The notes under the pieces were generated by a model, which worked only from the letters and a program-made list of their open reading frames with translations, did no database searches and was not told the DNA's origin. The position numbers and the translations under genes are program-made. Shown here piece after piece: positions 36,501 through 48,221 of a stretch of DNA of 64,000 bases. The stretch is from Pecten maximus (taxonomy: Eukaryota): positions 29,946,001 through 30,010,000 of the forward strand of contig NC_047015.1 of NCBI RefSeq assembly GCF_902652985.1, read 5' to 3'. Position 1 is the stretch's first letter. The number at the start of each line of letters is the position of its first letter.

Positions 36501-39500
36501 CCTGTGGTGCTGTGACAGGCGTGACGACCGTGTCGACCGTAATTTCACACCTGATTATTGTTAAATGGTATACTAACCCACTCACAGTCGAGTACACTTT
36601 TATGTCTGTATGATTTGTAATCAGTTAAGTTAAATAATATCAAGAAAAATATCAGTGATAGTTCGCCATGTTGATAAGGGTTATCGGATAGTAGTAAATG
36701 GTCTGATGTGATTTTGTTTCGCATTTTCAATCATTTAAAACAGTAAAATATCTACGTTGTTGTACTATAGCTGTCTTCTGCAAATTTGGTTTATGAAAAT
36801 GGTATGCAAAATTATTAATAAGGAATGAAATGAGATGAATTCAAAGTTCGTGTAAAATAGAGGTAAATATCATGTAATGTCGGAGAATACAGATAAGATA
36901 CATGTAATTTTGGAGAACACAGGTAAAATCCAGGTAAGGTATAGGTGAAGACTATAATGACTGTCACAACATACCTGCCCGTAACTTATTTGTAAGAAGT
37001 GGGAGAAAGGAGACCCCCCCCCCCCCCCCCCGCCGCGGTAATCGATTTTTCTTACCTTGTGGGTCAGTCACCCGTGTCGACAGATTCACAGCTCTAGATC
37101 GTTTGTCACACCAAGTCGTCATAGCAACCGCTGCGAGGCCTTAGCCCCAGGCATTTACCCGTTCAACTCAGTTTTTGTAACGGTATTTTGCTTTCCTATA
37201 CAGCGAATTAATTAATGATTATAGACTGGTCTTGCTTTTGTTTCAAACTTAAAGCAGATGATAACTATGATATCAACAAATTTTATTCCGTAGTTATTAC
37301 GTGAGAACCCATAAACCAACATACATAATGTACGTAACCAAAATATGATTATTATTGATCAGATCATAAGTAATATACGGAAAGAATATCTGTAATATAG
37401 TTCACACTTAATGAAATTTAGATATATATATTTTTTTAAATAGAAGGTGCTTCACACAGACATGGGCTCGTAAAGATGACACATTAAAAGAATTTATCCT
37501 ATAACACAGTATCAACTGATATAAGCACATCGTTTACTTTGCGTTTTAACTTCTGTAACATAAAATACATTAATACAATGGTGTACACGCAAATTACATA
37601 AAAGATATTTACTAGTGTTAATATGAGATTAATAGATTATTTACAATTAAAATAATTATGTTATATACGGCCCGTTACTAAAAGAAATTAGTGAGATGTT
37701 ACATGTTGTATACGGCCCGTTATAATAGAGCATTATTGAAATATTACATGTTATATACGGCCCGTTACTAAAGAAAATTAATGAGATGTTACATGTTGTA
37801 TACGGCCCGTTATAATAGAGCATTATTCAAATATTACATGTTATATACGGCCCTTTACTAAAGAAAATTAATGAGATGTTACATGTTGTATACGGCCCGT
37901 TATAATAGAGCATTATTCAAATATTACATGTTATATACGGCCCGTTACTAAAGAAAATTAATGAGATGTTACATGTTGTATATGGCCCGTTATAATAGAG
38001 CATTATTCAAATATTACATGTTATATACGGCCCGTTACTAAAGAAAATTAATGAGATGTTACATGTTGTATACGGCCCGTTATAATAGAGCATTATTCAA
38101 ATATTACATGTTATATACGGCCCGTTACTAAAGAAAATTAATGAAATGTTACATGTTGTATACGGCCCGTTATAATAGAGCATTATTCAAATATTACATT
38201 ACCAGTGAAACGGAAGGGAAGTAACTCTTATATATCGTTAGGCCATCCTGCCTTCGGCCGTGATTAGGAGACGCGGTAAAGTAAGCATAACTTCAAAACA
38301 TAAGCTAGCCACGCTATCTAGCGTTCCACGACGGATCGCGCTGTTCCGTGGACATACACGCCTTCCGGCGGGCCACGATATCCAGTGTTCCTCGACGGGC
38401 CGCGCTGTTGCGTGGACACCCACGGTATCTGCCGATCCATCACGAATCGCGGAATAACGTGGACACTTTGCCCACGCATGTCCACTAGTGGACATTGCGT
38501 GGGCAGTCCACCGTGGGCGCGTGGAAACCGCAAAGTCCACGTAAGCTGTAGTGTATCACATACAGATTGTCACCAAGTAGGTATCACATACAGATTGTCA
38601 CCGAGTAGGTATCACATACAGATTGTCACCAAGTAGGCATCACATACAGATTGTCACCAAGTAGTTATCACATACAGATTGTCACCAAGTAGGTATCACA
38701 TACAGATTGTCACCAAGTAGGTAACATACAGATTGTCACCAAGTAGTTATCACATACAGATTGTCACCAAGTAGGTATCAAATACAGATTGTCACCAAGT
38801 ACACATACAGATTGTCACCAAGTAGGTATCACATACAGATTGTCACCAAGTAGGTATCACATACAGATTGTTACTGACAAATATATATGTAGTGCCTCAC
38901 AGTAACGGCAGTAACGTGTTTGTAGGGTAATATCATACCTTTCCTTTTGTGTCGTCAAGCTTCCCGACAGGAGACCTACATGTCAGTTTCCTGCAATATT
39001 TAGAGATATGAAAGTGTCATGGCATAGGAACTCAACAGGTTAGCTATCTGGTTGATGGAGTACATGTAATAATCTGTATTTGATTCCTATGTTGATGTTT
39101 GTTGTGTACGGGTCTCCCCCTACACATTTTCCAGGATGTGATTACATATCACTAGTTTCCTTTCATTTAAATATATAATTGGCTCGCGTTCCTGTTTAAG
39201 GAACGTAATAATAAGGGAACGGATGGCTCCGACATCTTGGCATTGTATTCTTGTATTATAGGTACATAATTGTTGCATCCAGCAAGAAGAGACAAGAAGA
39301 GGAAAAATACCAATCTGTGTCTAAAAAAGGAACGGGCGGTTCTAGTGAGTATAGAATGATATGTGGTACATTATGACTCCTCCCCTTGTAGAAGTAGTGT
39401 TGTCCATTTATGGAAACTAAGATGACCAAAGTAATTTTGCCACCGCAATTGGAACATTTTGATCGAATATCTTTCTGCTTCCAAAGTACCAAACACTTCT

Positions 39501-39960
39501 ATAACATCTTTGTCGTCTACGTTGGTATTACTGGCTTTGGTCTCTGATATGAGTGTCCTCCCGAGACAGGTCACGAGTTCTCGCTCAGACAAACATCCAA
39601 GTTTAGAAAATCGGTATTTCTTGTTCTATTTAACGTTCAATAATAAGTTGTCGGTAAGGATTAGTAATTTTGATATGATCAGACAGGGTATCACGCTAAG
39701 GTGTATATTTACAGGTCATTCATACTTCGTACATTATTGTATTAATTAGCTTTGGCAATGATGATAAACCACAAACGGGTACACGTTTTATGCGGTATAT
39801 AAATGAAACTTCTCGGTATCTAAAATGTTTCAGATTCTCGTCGTTTGGAATTCTATAGTTGGCTTCTGTAGAAATAGATCTGTTGATAACTGTTACAGGT
39901 ATACTGCCATTCCTGAAGAGCTCCAGGGATACTACAAAGCGTATGAACGAGTCCATGTGA
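21562..39960 (+). CDS. IDO: Indoleamine 2,3-dioxygenase (gene B; canonical, IDO2-like pocket), 14 coding exons, 398 aa
   Basis: Exons: 21562-21645 (MDSARSSPASLSDYHIDPHVGFLLKEAL), 21936-22037 (EVLPEYFHVWNHL..), 22377-22496 (GHRQLRLAHLQLSVLVNGYVWQ), 23242-23360 (PILSHCDVVLANW), 23645-23659 (15-nt microexon), 23986-24085 (PGGDEAAWFFKATVGVELA), 24214-24331, 24712-24763 (FYNVTRPFLTG), 25449-25518 (W..GLVYEGV), 26162-26237 (GGSAAQSSTIQSLDAALGITH), 26818-26916 (MKPYMPRPHRKFL), 29464-29560 (AYNDCITSLVDFRSYHIQIVTK), 39262-39344 (YII..KGTGGS), 39899-39960 (ILPFLKSSRDTT..*). Total 1197 nt, all GT-AG, in frame. Confidence 0.95.
24785..24975 (-). mobile_element. SINE copy (same family as 18156-18369) in gene B intron 8
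   Basis: Reverse-complement match including the B box, core and gtttg tail. Confidence 0.85.
25806..26150. repeat. 38-bp minisatellite (~9 copies) ending ~11 nt before the gene B exon-10 acceptor
   Basis: Unit tacatgatgatatgtactacaggtgtattatatacctt. Confidence 0.95.
27525..29140 (-). mobile_element. Highly decayed non-LTR retrotransposon 3' fragment (RTEX-like) in gene B intron 11
   Basis: Minus-strand remnants ILSPFLYAIYLNDL (RT) and HLQFCKCILNVRRSTPNFMMYGETG; many frameshifts; short (ttcaaga) repeat at the presumed tail. Clade assignment is inference. Confidence 0.7.
29533..30757 (+). repeat. 28-bp minisatellite, left part (~44 copies), built from the gene B exon-12 end plus splice donor
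   Basis: Unit gtaggtatcacatacagattgtcaccaa (with a 26-bp variant lacking 'tc'). The first copy is exonic (S-Y-H-I-Q-I-V-T-K). Confidence 0.97.
33170..34641 (+). repeat. 45-bp satellite; the first part is a 5-monomer, 225-bp higher-order repeat x3
   Basis: Core tctattataacgggccgtatacaacatgtaac; cores at 33201, 33246, 33291, 33336, 33381, 33426; HOR starts at 33201, 33426, 33651. Confidence 0.92.
34642..35848 (+). mobile_element. Pogo/Tigger-like deletion derivative nested in the 45-bp satellite
   Basis: TA duplication (34640-34641, 35849-35850) interrupting a satellite unit. The right end reads cagtgaaacctcacta.. in reverse complement; the left end is eroded (cgaacctcacctt..). Remnant CENP-B-type HTH: MATSRKRNELSLKKKIELIQCSNGRSQRQLAEQFGVGKTQV/ILKRKTEILEGYEEN at ~35477-35650. 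Confidence 0.85.
35849..36070 (+). repeat. Continuation of the 45-bp satellite after the pogo insertion
   Basis: Same ataacgggccgtatacaacatgtaac core, ~5 copies. Confidence 0.9.
37655..38200 (-). repeat. 45-bp satellite in inverted orientation, 90-bp dimeric higher-order repeat x6
   Basis: tacggcccgttataatagag at 37711, 37801, 37891, 37981 (variant), 38071 and 38161; this is the reverse complement of the 33-36 kb core. Confidence 0.95.
38554..38871 (+). repeat. 28-bp splice-donor minisatellite, right part (~11 copies)
   Basis: Same unit as 29533-30757, resuming in register after the transposon. Confidence 0.97.
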
Positions 39961-41505
39961 TGTACAACCATATACGTATCAGCCACCACAGTCTGTGTCT
40001 GTCCATTAAAATAGCAATAGTATGAGATTATAGAAATAAATTGTATTGATAAAATTAGAGTTTGGTCCAAACTAAATGTTATTTACTTGTAAAAGTAGGT
40101 TTTAAGTATGAAGAATATAGACTTTATTGGCACTCGTAGTTTTATATGTCATGTACGTTATAATTTTATGATTGAATCACGATTTTGAAATTTTGTATAT
40201 TATCATTACATTGTGTGAACTGCATGTTTTAAAGGCTAGCGTTTCGTGGTCATTGTTACATAAGCCATTAAAATCTTCGTGTTCCATTATCCTTATCTTT
40301 GTGATATGTTTGGAAAATGCGATTGTTAATAGATGCACCGGTTCATGATACAAAGTTATGCACAAATAGTCCCATCGTTTTTAACTGCCCCCTATAACTT
40401 GCCATAAATAAAAGGGTTAATGATAGCCACTGGAGATTTGATTGAGGGATTGCAGAGGTTGAAATATGAAAATTATATTATACATAATGTAAGCAATAGG
40501 GAAGTGGCGATTCCGCTTACATGAAGATATAGCCATCTATATACTGCAACTTCCTACTGAAAACCATGGGACTTGGTAGAGTATATCACAGAGTTTTGTA
40601 CAATGATTAACTTGGTCTAGAGAACTGCATGAAGTGTATGAAGTCGGAAATCTAGTAACATTTATCTAAATGTTGATCCCAGATAGTTGAAACGCAAAAT
40701 CGTTCGAGATGATGGTTGTAAATGTATGGAGTTTTAGAAGTAATAACCTTGACCCCGATTCTGACCCGAGGTAGCTGAAGAAATGTAAATTAAGTTTGAG
40801 GACAATCGGATAATTGATGAAATATTTAAAGAGAAGACATTGTTTGGTTACGTGCGGGCTGACACTTTATCCCCTCGTCGACTAGTCGTGAGGGGTTGAT
40901 GATCGGGATTACACATGCTGTATACTTACAATGCAATAAAGGTTTAAACAAATTGTTTTTAACTGAAACACTAATAAAATCAGCATGTATGTAAAAGTCT
41001 ATGTGTCTCGCCGTTTACTGAAATATACAGTACCTACCTTTTTACTTCGTCATCGAACGGCTTCTATAAACATCTTTAATCTCTATGTAGAATAAAAAAT
41101 AATGGTACGCTCTTGAAGCGAGAACTGGGCCAGTTATACAAAAATACTTACTCATATACAAACTTCAATATCGAGTTTACAAATATGCAAAAGCTGGGCT
41201 TTTAAAATGATATTTCAATAAACCAATGCGTATTTGTTTACATAGGGGGGATGGGAGTCATTCCCTGCATTTTGTGTGTAAACTAAAACCTTGTCTACAC
41301 CTATAAAGTTGATGACATTTTGTCAATACACTAGGCATCATGATTCCTTAAGATGACTGGCTATTAGCGCCTCAACTTTTGTAAAGAATTGCCATGATAA
41401 ATTATTACACTACCTTATAGCTCCTTAGTTATATCAAAGATAACAAAATTAGGTAGGGACCATTGTATCATTTAGGTTGTACAATACGAATGTGTCTGAT
41501 AGACA

Positions 41506-41790
41506 CTCTACATGTACATTTGTACGTCATTCACATTTCACCTCGCTATATTTGTAATACAGTTGGTTTTCTGTTCAGTGTTCCAAAATATGAATAAAAT
41601 CAATTAAAACGTTCTCGTAAGCAAAGTGAACATTTTATTTTTACAGAATCATGGTACAGTATGTAAACGGAATGGAATGTGGTTTTATAACGACACCGCG
41701 CCAACCCCTCATGGATATTGGTCGTCTGGCGTCCCGGTACTGTGGGACTGTCTAGGGCTATAATGTCACATTTCACATGTCTTCGTCACA
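41506..41790 (+). repeat. 285-bp direct repeat, copy 1 (left flank of LINE)
   Basis: Colinear with 49369-49653, same length, about 10 substitutions by eye. Confidence 0.95.
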
Positions 41791-41861
41791 TATATTGAAG
41801 CCGAGTTGAATAATATTGACTCGTACTCTCATGATCGACTGGACCGAAGATCAGGCCCTGG

Positions 41862-41892
<31 letters not shown>

Positions 41893-44531
41893 TAATTTAT
41901 CACAAAAACACTATTGTTACAAAAAGGCGAGTTGACCTTGAACATAAAGATATTGAAATAATTTGGATAGAAGTCCATGTTGAGTCTCATAAAATTCTAT
42001 TAGGTTGTATTTATAGGCCTGAAATGCCTCTCAGCTATTGGGATACCCTAGATTCTATTCTGGAAAGAGCAGTAGACACAAATTTAAATATAGTATTGAC
42101 AGGTGACCTGAATGTTAATATGCTAAATTTACAACCTCATAGTCATCTCGGCAGATTAATAACGAAATTTAACTTCAATAGCTTTGTAAATGATCCTACT
42201 AGGATAACTACAACTACATCAACCTCTGTAGATGTTGTCATTTCTAATAATCATAATTTGGTTAAAAATGTAGTTGTAACTCCTCCTATTTGTAGTGACC
42301 ATTGTGTCTCATATAATGTGTTAAACTAAAATCTTATCAGAAACAAATATTGATCTATCATGAAGCTGACTTGAGTTGAGTTTAATAGATTTGGAATTAT
42401 TATCAGAATCACATAATAGTAATGAATTTAAAGATGTTTTGTGTGATGCTATCAATGAACAAATATCAGAATGTATCCCTAGTAAACTAATAATAGTTAG
42501 ACCTAGTGATAAAAAATGGGTTACAAATGAAGTTAGATTTAAAATAATACAAAGGAATAGGGTACATAAGAAAGCAAAAATAAGTAATCTGTCAGCCCAT
42601 TGGGGAAACTATAGGAAAGTCAGGAATGACACCATTACTCTTATACGAGAATCAAAGAAAAAAATTATTGGTAATTTACAAAAATCGTTAGCAAACAAAA
42701 ACACAACTCCTAGCAACTGGTGGAAAATAGCTAAGAATGTACTTTATATAAACAATAAGTCAAGCCCTGTCCCTCCTCTTAAATTTGAAGATTCTTTTAT
42801 TCAACATCCCTCTGATAAAGCGGAATGTCTGAATAAATACTTCACATCCATATCTACTTCTTCAGAAAATCTTGAGCCTGTTCCTGACATTGAAATAAAC
42901 CTTCCACATTCTTTAGAAAATATAACTATTACCCAACAGGACACTAGTGATCAACTTCTTCTTCTTAATAGCGATAAGCCACCTGGTCCTGATGGTATGA
43001 TTCCTAAAATCATCAAGAGACTTGAACCGTCTATCACCCTTCCTCTTACTTTACTCTTCAATAAACTATTCAAACAGGAGTTATCCCCCTTTGCTGGAAA
43101 AATGCAAATATAAATGCTATTTATAAAGGAAAGGGGTCGGTTAATGATTTGTCTAATTATAGGCCTATTTCTATTACATTTTGTTTAGGTAAAATAATAG
43201 AAAAAATAATCTTTAAATACTTGTATAATTATTTGAAAGAACACAATATTATCACTAAACATCAATCTGGGTTGATGCCGAATGATTCAACTGTTAACCA
43301 ACTGTTATCTATTTATCATACTATTGTACAAAGCCTTGCTCAATATAAAGAACTTAGATTTGTTTTCTGTGACAAAAGCAAGGCATTTGATCGTGTTTGG
43401 CATGACGGACTTTTACATAAATTACAACTTTATGGTATTAAGGGGAAACTGCTATTTTGGTTTAAAGAATTTTTATATGATCGAAAGCAAAGGGTACAAA
43501 CTGAGAGATTCATCTCTACATTCAGGTCTGTAAATGCGGGGGTACCCCAGGGCTCGGTCCTCGGTCCAATGTTGTTTTTACTTTATATAAATGATTTAGT
43601 TGACTGTGTTACCAATGTTATTAACTTTTTTGCTGATGACACATCACTGTACGCTATAACAGATGATGATCCTAATCAATTAGCTGGGCAATTAACAGAT
43701 GATTTAACTAATATTAAGAACTAGGCCACCAAATGGGATATCAAGTTCAACCCAAATAAAACTGAATCTGTTATTTTTTCTAAAAAACAAAATTCTAGTC
43801 ATCCAGACATATATTTTAATAATGAGCCAGTAATTGTGACCTGTACTCATAAACATTTAGGCCTTACATTCAGTGAAGATGCTAGATGGAATGATCACAT
43901 TAATGACATTTTTCAAAAAGCAAGTAAAAGGTTAAATACTTTAAGGATCATGAAACATCAGCTGGATAGAAAATCATTAAATACTATTTACATTTCTTAT
44001 ATAAGACCAATACTGGAATATGCTGATGTGGTATGGGACAATTGCCCACAAAACTTAAAAGATCTCTTAGAATCTGTCCAACTTGATGCTGCTAGGATAA
44101 TAACAGAATTGTACAAAGAATTAGGATGGGTAACATTAGAAAGTAGAAGAAAACAACACAAACTACTGTTGATGTACAAAATTCTCCATAATGAATCACC
44201 AGACTATTTGAATGATATTGTTGAACCCTATCTCCATGATCCAACCCTTTCTGGATATCCACTTAGATCAGTTAGACTATTTGATCCACCTTTATGCAGA
44301 ACAATTAATTATTTTAATAGTTTCTTTCCTTACATGTTTAATAAATTCAATATCATTGCTTCTAGTCTAGAAAATGTTCACTCTATATATCAGTTTAAAA
44401 AATTAATCTCTCAGCACCATATCCCAAATTCAAATACTACTGATGTTTTCAAACTATTAGAAAATCTAGAGATGAACATTCTTCTCTATCAACTAAGAAA
44501 TAATGCTAGCAATCTTAACTTCGACCTCTTC

Positions 44532-47500
44532 ATTTCAACAAATTTTATTTCTCAAAGAAGATATTTCTGAAAGAAAAAGGATTGAACAACAGGCATAGCC
44601 TATGTAAGTTCTCTCCATTTAGTAACAATGAGTATATACATGTTAACATCATTCATATAATATATAATATAGTGAGATATCAGTTATGTAGGGACAACTC
44701 TGAATCGAGTATAATTTGTCGATTTTATTTAATATATTTCATCCAGTTTATTTTTATAAAAAAATTTAAAATCCTGTAACCAAAACAGGATTCCCTCTGC
44801 CTGTGGGATACCGACCAGTAAAGTCCATAACAGCTAGGTAGCTGCTGGTCATCCACTCATAAGCTTTGGGGACCAGTCATGGATACAACATTCTGAGTTT
44901 TAATTTGATAATGACAGTTAAGAAAGGCAAAATTAGTTAGATAATATATTTAGTGGATTCCGTAAGGTTGCATAGTTGGAGAGTGATTACTTGAATTTGA
45001 TAGAAGTACGATTGAGAAATGATTATAAGAAAAATAATTAATATAGGGCACGATTATGAGCAATAGAAATATATAAGCAGTAAATATGCAACCAATTTTA
45101 ATCCACTAATTAATAAGGTTGTCCATACTATATTTCATCTAGTAAGTGTACTAATTCATAACATTCATACTATCATAATTATAATATAAAATAGAATAAA
45201 TAATATACGTCCATCGGATGGGGGGGGGGGGGGAATGTAGTAAATAACTATAACTATATACTTGCTTGCCGGATAAATGTATATATATGGATGAAAGACA
45301 AGTATTTTCAATTTTAGGGTTCAGAATCTATTAGTATCTCTGATATATTCAGTAGTAGCTTCAAAGATAGATAAATTAGTTTGATGATCACACTCACCAC
45401 AGCCTGATAAGAGTATGTCAAGGCTAAAGTGACTGTGATCTACATCAAACAATTTTTCTTTAAGGATATCTCGAGGTTCACTGTAGTTCCTACAACTTAG
45501 AAAAAAGTGAAAAACAGTTTCATATTCATTCCCACATGTACATGATGGTGAATCAATAAGATGATCTCTGTAAAGATCAGAGTTTATATTGCTAGACGAG
45601 TTTCGAAGCTGACAAAGTAAGATATTATATTTTCTATTACCTGCATTAATATAAGCAGGGTTTTGAGCAATGTCAAGTGGTATATCACTTACTGTGTTCG
45701 ATAAAATTTGTTTAAATTGGTACAGCGATGTGATATTTGTCAAGTCAACCCTTGCTGCAAGTTTATTATAGTCATTAAGTGTTGCTGGAATAAAGCTTTT
45801 GGCATATATATTTGTTCTACTCATAGGAGTAGTGAAGACTCTTTGATTTCGTAACATGTACAAGTCATTCATATTGTTATAGTGTGGTTCTACTAATTCA
45901 TTTAAATAATTTGGGGCAGTGCCTGTAAGAATTTTGTAAAGAAGAATAAGTCTATGTTTTTTCCTCCTTGCAGCAAGAGTGTCCCAACCAAGTTCATTAT
46001 ATAATTTATAATGTGAGGTTCCTCTACGCAGTCCGGTAATGGTTCGAGCCGCTTCTAATTGAATAGATTCAAGTAGAGTAGCCTCTTGCTGAGTACAATT
46101 ATCAAAAATGATATCACCATATTCCAATATAGGCCGAATATAGGCTGTATATATAGTGTTAAGTGTTTTACGGCTCATTTTATATTTTACAGATTTCAAT
46201 AAGTTTATACATTTATAAGCTTTTGTATAAATATAGTTAATATGGTGATGCCATTTACCATCTTGCGATAAGAATACTCCAAGATGCTTATGATTTGGCA
46301 CATTTGATATTGTTTCATTTTGAAATATGATATCTGGACATACTATATCCCTTTTCCTGCTAAAGGTTACTGATTCTGTCTTAGAAGGATTGAATTTAAT
46401 ATCCCACTTTTTGGACCATATATTTATGTTTTCGAGATCACTAGCTAGACTATTAGCTGCATCAAGTGAATTGGTTTGTATTACCTTAGAAATTGAAGTA
46501 TCATCAGCAAATAGCCGTTTCTCATTTGTTATACATTCAACAATATCATTTATATAAATTAGAAACAGAAAAGGACCGAGGACTGATCCCTGGGGGACAC
46601 CGGCACTTACCTGTCTATACGTGGAGCTGTAACCTTCTGTCATCACTCTATGTTTACGATTACTTAGATAACTCTTGAACCAATTAAGTAACTTACCTTT
46701 AATGCCATACATTTCAAGTTTAAATAACAAACCAGGATGCCAGACACGATCAAACGCTTTGCTCACATCACAAAATATTGACCTAATTTCCATTCCTTTA
46801 TCAAGTTTGTTTATAATTGTATCATACATGGATAATAACTGATAAACAGTTGAGTCACCTGGAATGAACCCAGACTGGTATTTTGTTAATAATTCAAACT
46901 CTAATAAATGATTATATAAATGTTTGAAAATTATTTTTTCTAATATTTTACTGAAACAGGAAGTGATAGAAATTGGGCGATAGTTTGAAACATCATTTTT
47001 ATCACCTTTGCTTTTATATATAGCATTAATATTAGCCAATTTCCAAGACAGAGGAACAGAACCAGTTGACATGGTTTTATTAAATAACATAGTGAGCGGA
47101 GTTACTATAGATGGTGTAAGGAGTTTTATAACTTTAGGTATCATTTCATCAGGCCCTGCAGGCTTCCTAGCATTAAGAACTGAAAGTTGATCTCTCACAT
47201 CCTGTTCATGAAATAAAATGTTGTTAAGTATATTTGGAGACTCAGGAACAGGCGGCAAAGGATCAATGTTATCAGAAGATGTAGAAATAGATGTAAAATA
47301 GTCAACAAGGCATTCAGCTTTATCAAATGGGTGAAACAGAGATGTGTTATTGTAGTTTAATGGTGGAATGGTAATTGATTTGTTGTTGATTTTAAGAATA
47401 GATTTAGCAGTTTTCCACCATTTTGATGATGAGAGATTTGAGTCATTCAGAGAGTTTTCTAATTTTTCAATGTATAAGGATTTAGAATCACGTATCAATC

Positions 47501-48221
47501 TGATAGTTTCATTTCTTATATTTCTGAAGCTGGCCCAGTGATTTGGACTATTGGTATGAAGTGCTTTTTTATGGATTCTATTTCTCTGTCTTAACTTTAG
47601 CCTTATCTCGTTCGACATCCATGGCTTATCATTAGGACGGATAATTATTTTTTTTCTTGGTATACAGTCATCTACAGCTTTGTTAATAGTATCAACAAGT
47701 ATGGTGTTAAGATCATCAACATCCTGCTCATCACTTATACTTACCCAGTTCATATCATCAAGTATTTGGTTCATTTTAATGACATCAGCATTATTATATT
47801 CTAGAACATATTTACTGTATGCATGTTGTTTAAATATAGAGTAGGCAATGCTAAAATTGATCACAGAATGGTCACTACATATTGGAGGAGTAACACTTAC
47901 ATTTCTCACAATATTGTCATTGTTGGAGAAGATAACATCAATTGAGGTAGAAGAATCTGGAGTTATTCTAGTAGGATCTTTTACATAACTAGACATACCA
48001 TATTTTACAAGAAGTCTACTTAAGCGAGAGTTTGGTTGGATATTGCTCATATTTACATTTATGTCACCTGTAATAATTATGTCTGCATTTGATTGTCTAG
48101 AATTGTCAGTTACATAATGTAGGGAGTTATCGAGTCTGTTCCAATAGTCAATGTTACTGTCAGGAGGTCTATATATGCAACCTAATAAGGTTTTATTATT
48201 ACCAACAGTTATTTCTGATCA
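44532..48221 (-). mobile_element. 5'-truncated CR1-group LINE (inner, younger element)
   Basis: Inserted in the outer LINE ORF2 with a TCTTC duplication (44527-44531, 48222-48226); carries an uninterrupted ORF2 fragment and a ~790-bp 3' UTR. Confidence 0.93.
45321..48050 (-). CDS. LINE ORF2 (partial APE endonuclease + reverse transcriptase); frame stays open upstream to ~48215
   Basis: 909-aa ORF with SDH (EN end), PGPD-like AGPD, NYRPIS, KAFDRVWH, GVPQGSVLGP, FADDT and a C-terminal CTC..ETVFHFFLSC. The upstream in-frame part reads LLGCIYRPP..IITGDIN, so the EN N-terminus is missing. Confidence 0.93.
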   Translation of the reverse strand: MSNIQPNSRLSRLLVKYGMSSYVKDPTRITPDSSTSIDVIFSNNDNIVRNVSVTPPICSDHSVINFSIAYSIFKQHAYSKYVLEYNNADVIKMNQILDDMNWVSISDEQDVDDLNTILVDTINKAVDDCIPRKKIIIRPNDKPWMSNEIRLKLRQRNRIHKKALHTNSPNHWASFRNIRNETIRLIRDSKSLYIEKLENSLNDSNLSSSKWWKTAKSILKINNKSITIPPLNYNNTSLFHPFDKAECLVDYFTSISTSSDNIDPLPPVPESPNILNNILFHEQDVRDQLSVLNARKPAGPDEMIPKVIKLLTPSIVTPLTMLFNKTMSTGSVPLSWKLANINAIYKSKGDKNDVSNYRPISITSCFSKILEKIIFKHLYNHLLEFELLTKYQSGFIPGDSTVYQLLSMYDTIINKLDKGMEIRSIFCDVSKAFDRVWHPGLLFKLEMYGIKGKLLNWFKSYLSNRKHRVMTEGYSSTYRQVSAGVPQGSVLGPFLFLIYINDIVECITNEKRLFADDTSISKVIQTNSLDAANSLASDLENINIWSKKWDIKFNPSKTESVTFSRKRDIVCPDIIFQNETISNVPNHKHLGVFLSQDGKWHHHINYIYTKAYKCINLLKSVKYKMSRKTLNTIYTAYIRPILEYGDIIFDNCTQQEATLLESIQLEAARTITGLRRGTSHYKLYNELGWDTLAARRKKHRLILLYKILTGTAPNYLNELVEPHYNNMNDLYMLRNQRVFTTPMSRTNIYAKSFIPATLNDYNKLAARVDLTNITSLYQFKQILSNTVSDIPLDIAQNPAYINAGNRKYNILLCQLRNSSSNINSDLYRDHLIDSPSCTCGNEYETVFHFFLSCRNYSEPRDILKEKLFDVDHSHFSLDILLSGCGECDHQTNLSIFEATTEYIRDTNRF

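Larger units (their letters stand above)
30758..38553. mobile_element. 7.8-kb non-autonomous CACTA-ended (CMC/EnSpm-like) DNA transposon
   Basis: Perfect 36-bp TIR cactacagcttacgtggactttgcggtttccacgcg at both ends; TA duplicated at 30756-30757 and 38554-38555, splitting one repeat unit (gtagg-ta|ta-tcac); GC-rich subterminal regions dense in CCACG/CGTGG motifs; no transposase ORF seen. Confidence 0.92.
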
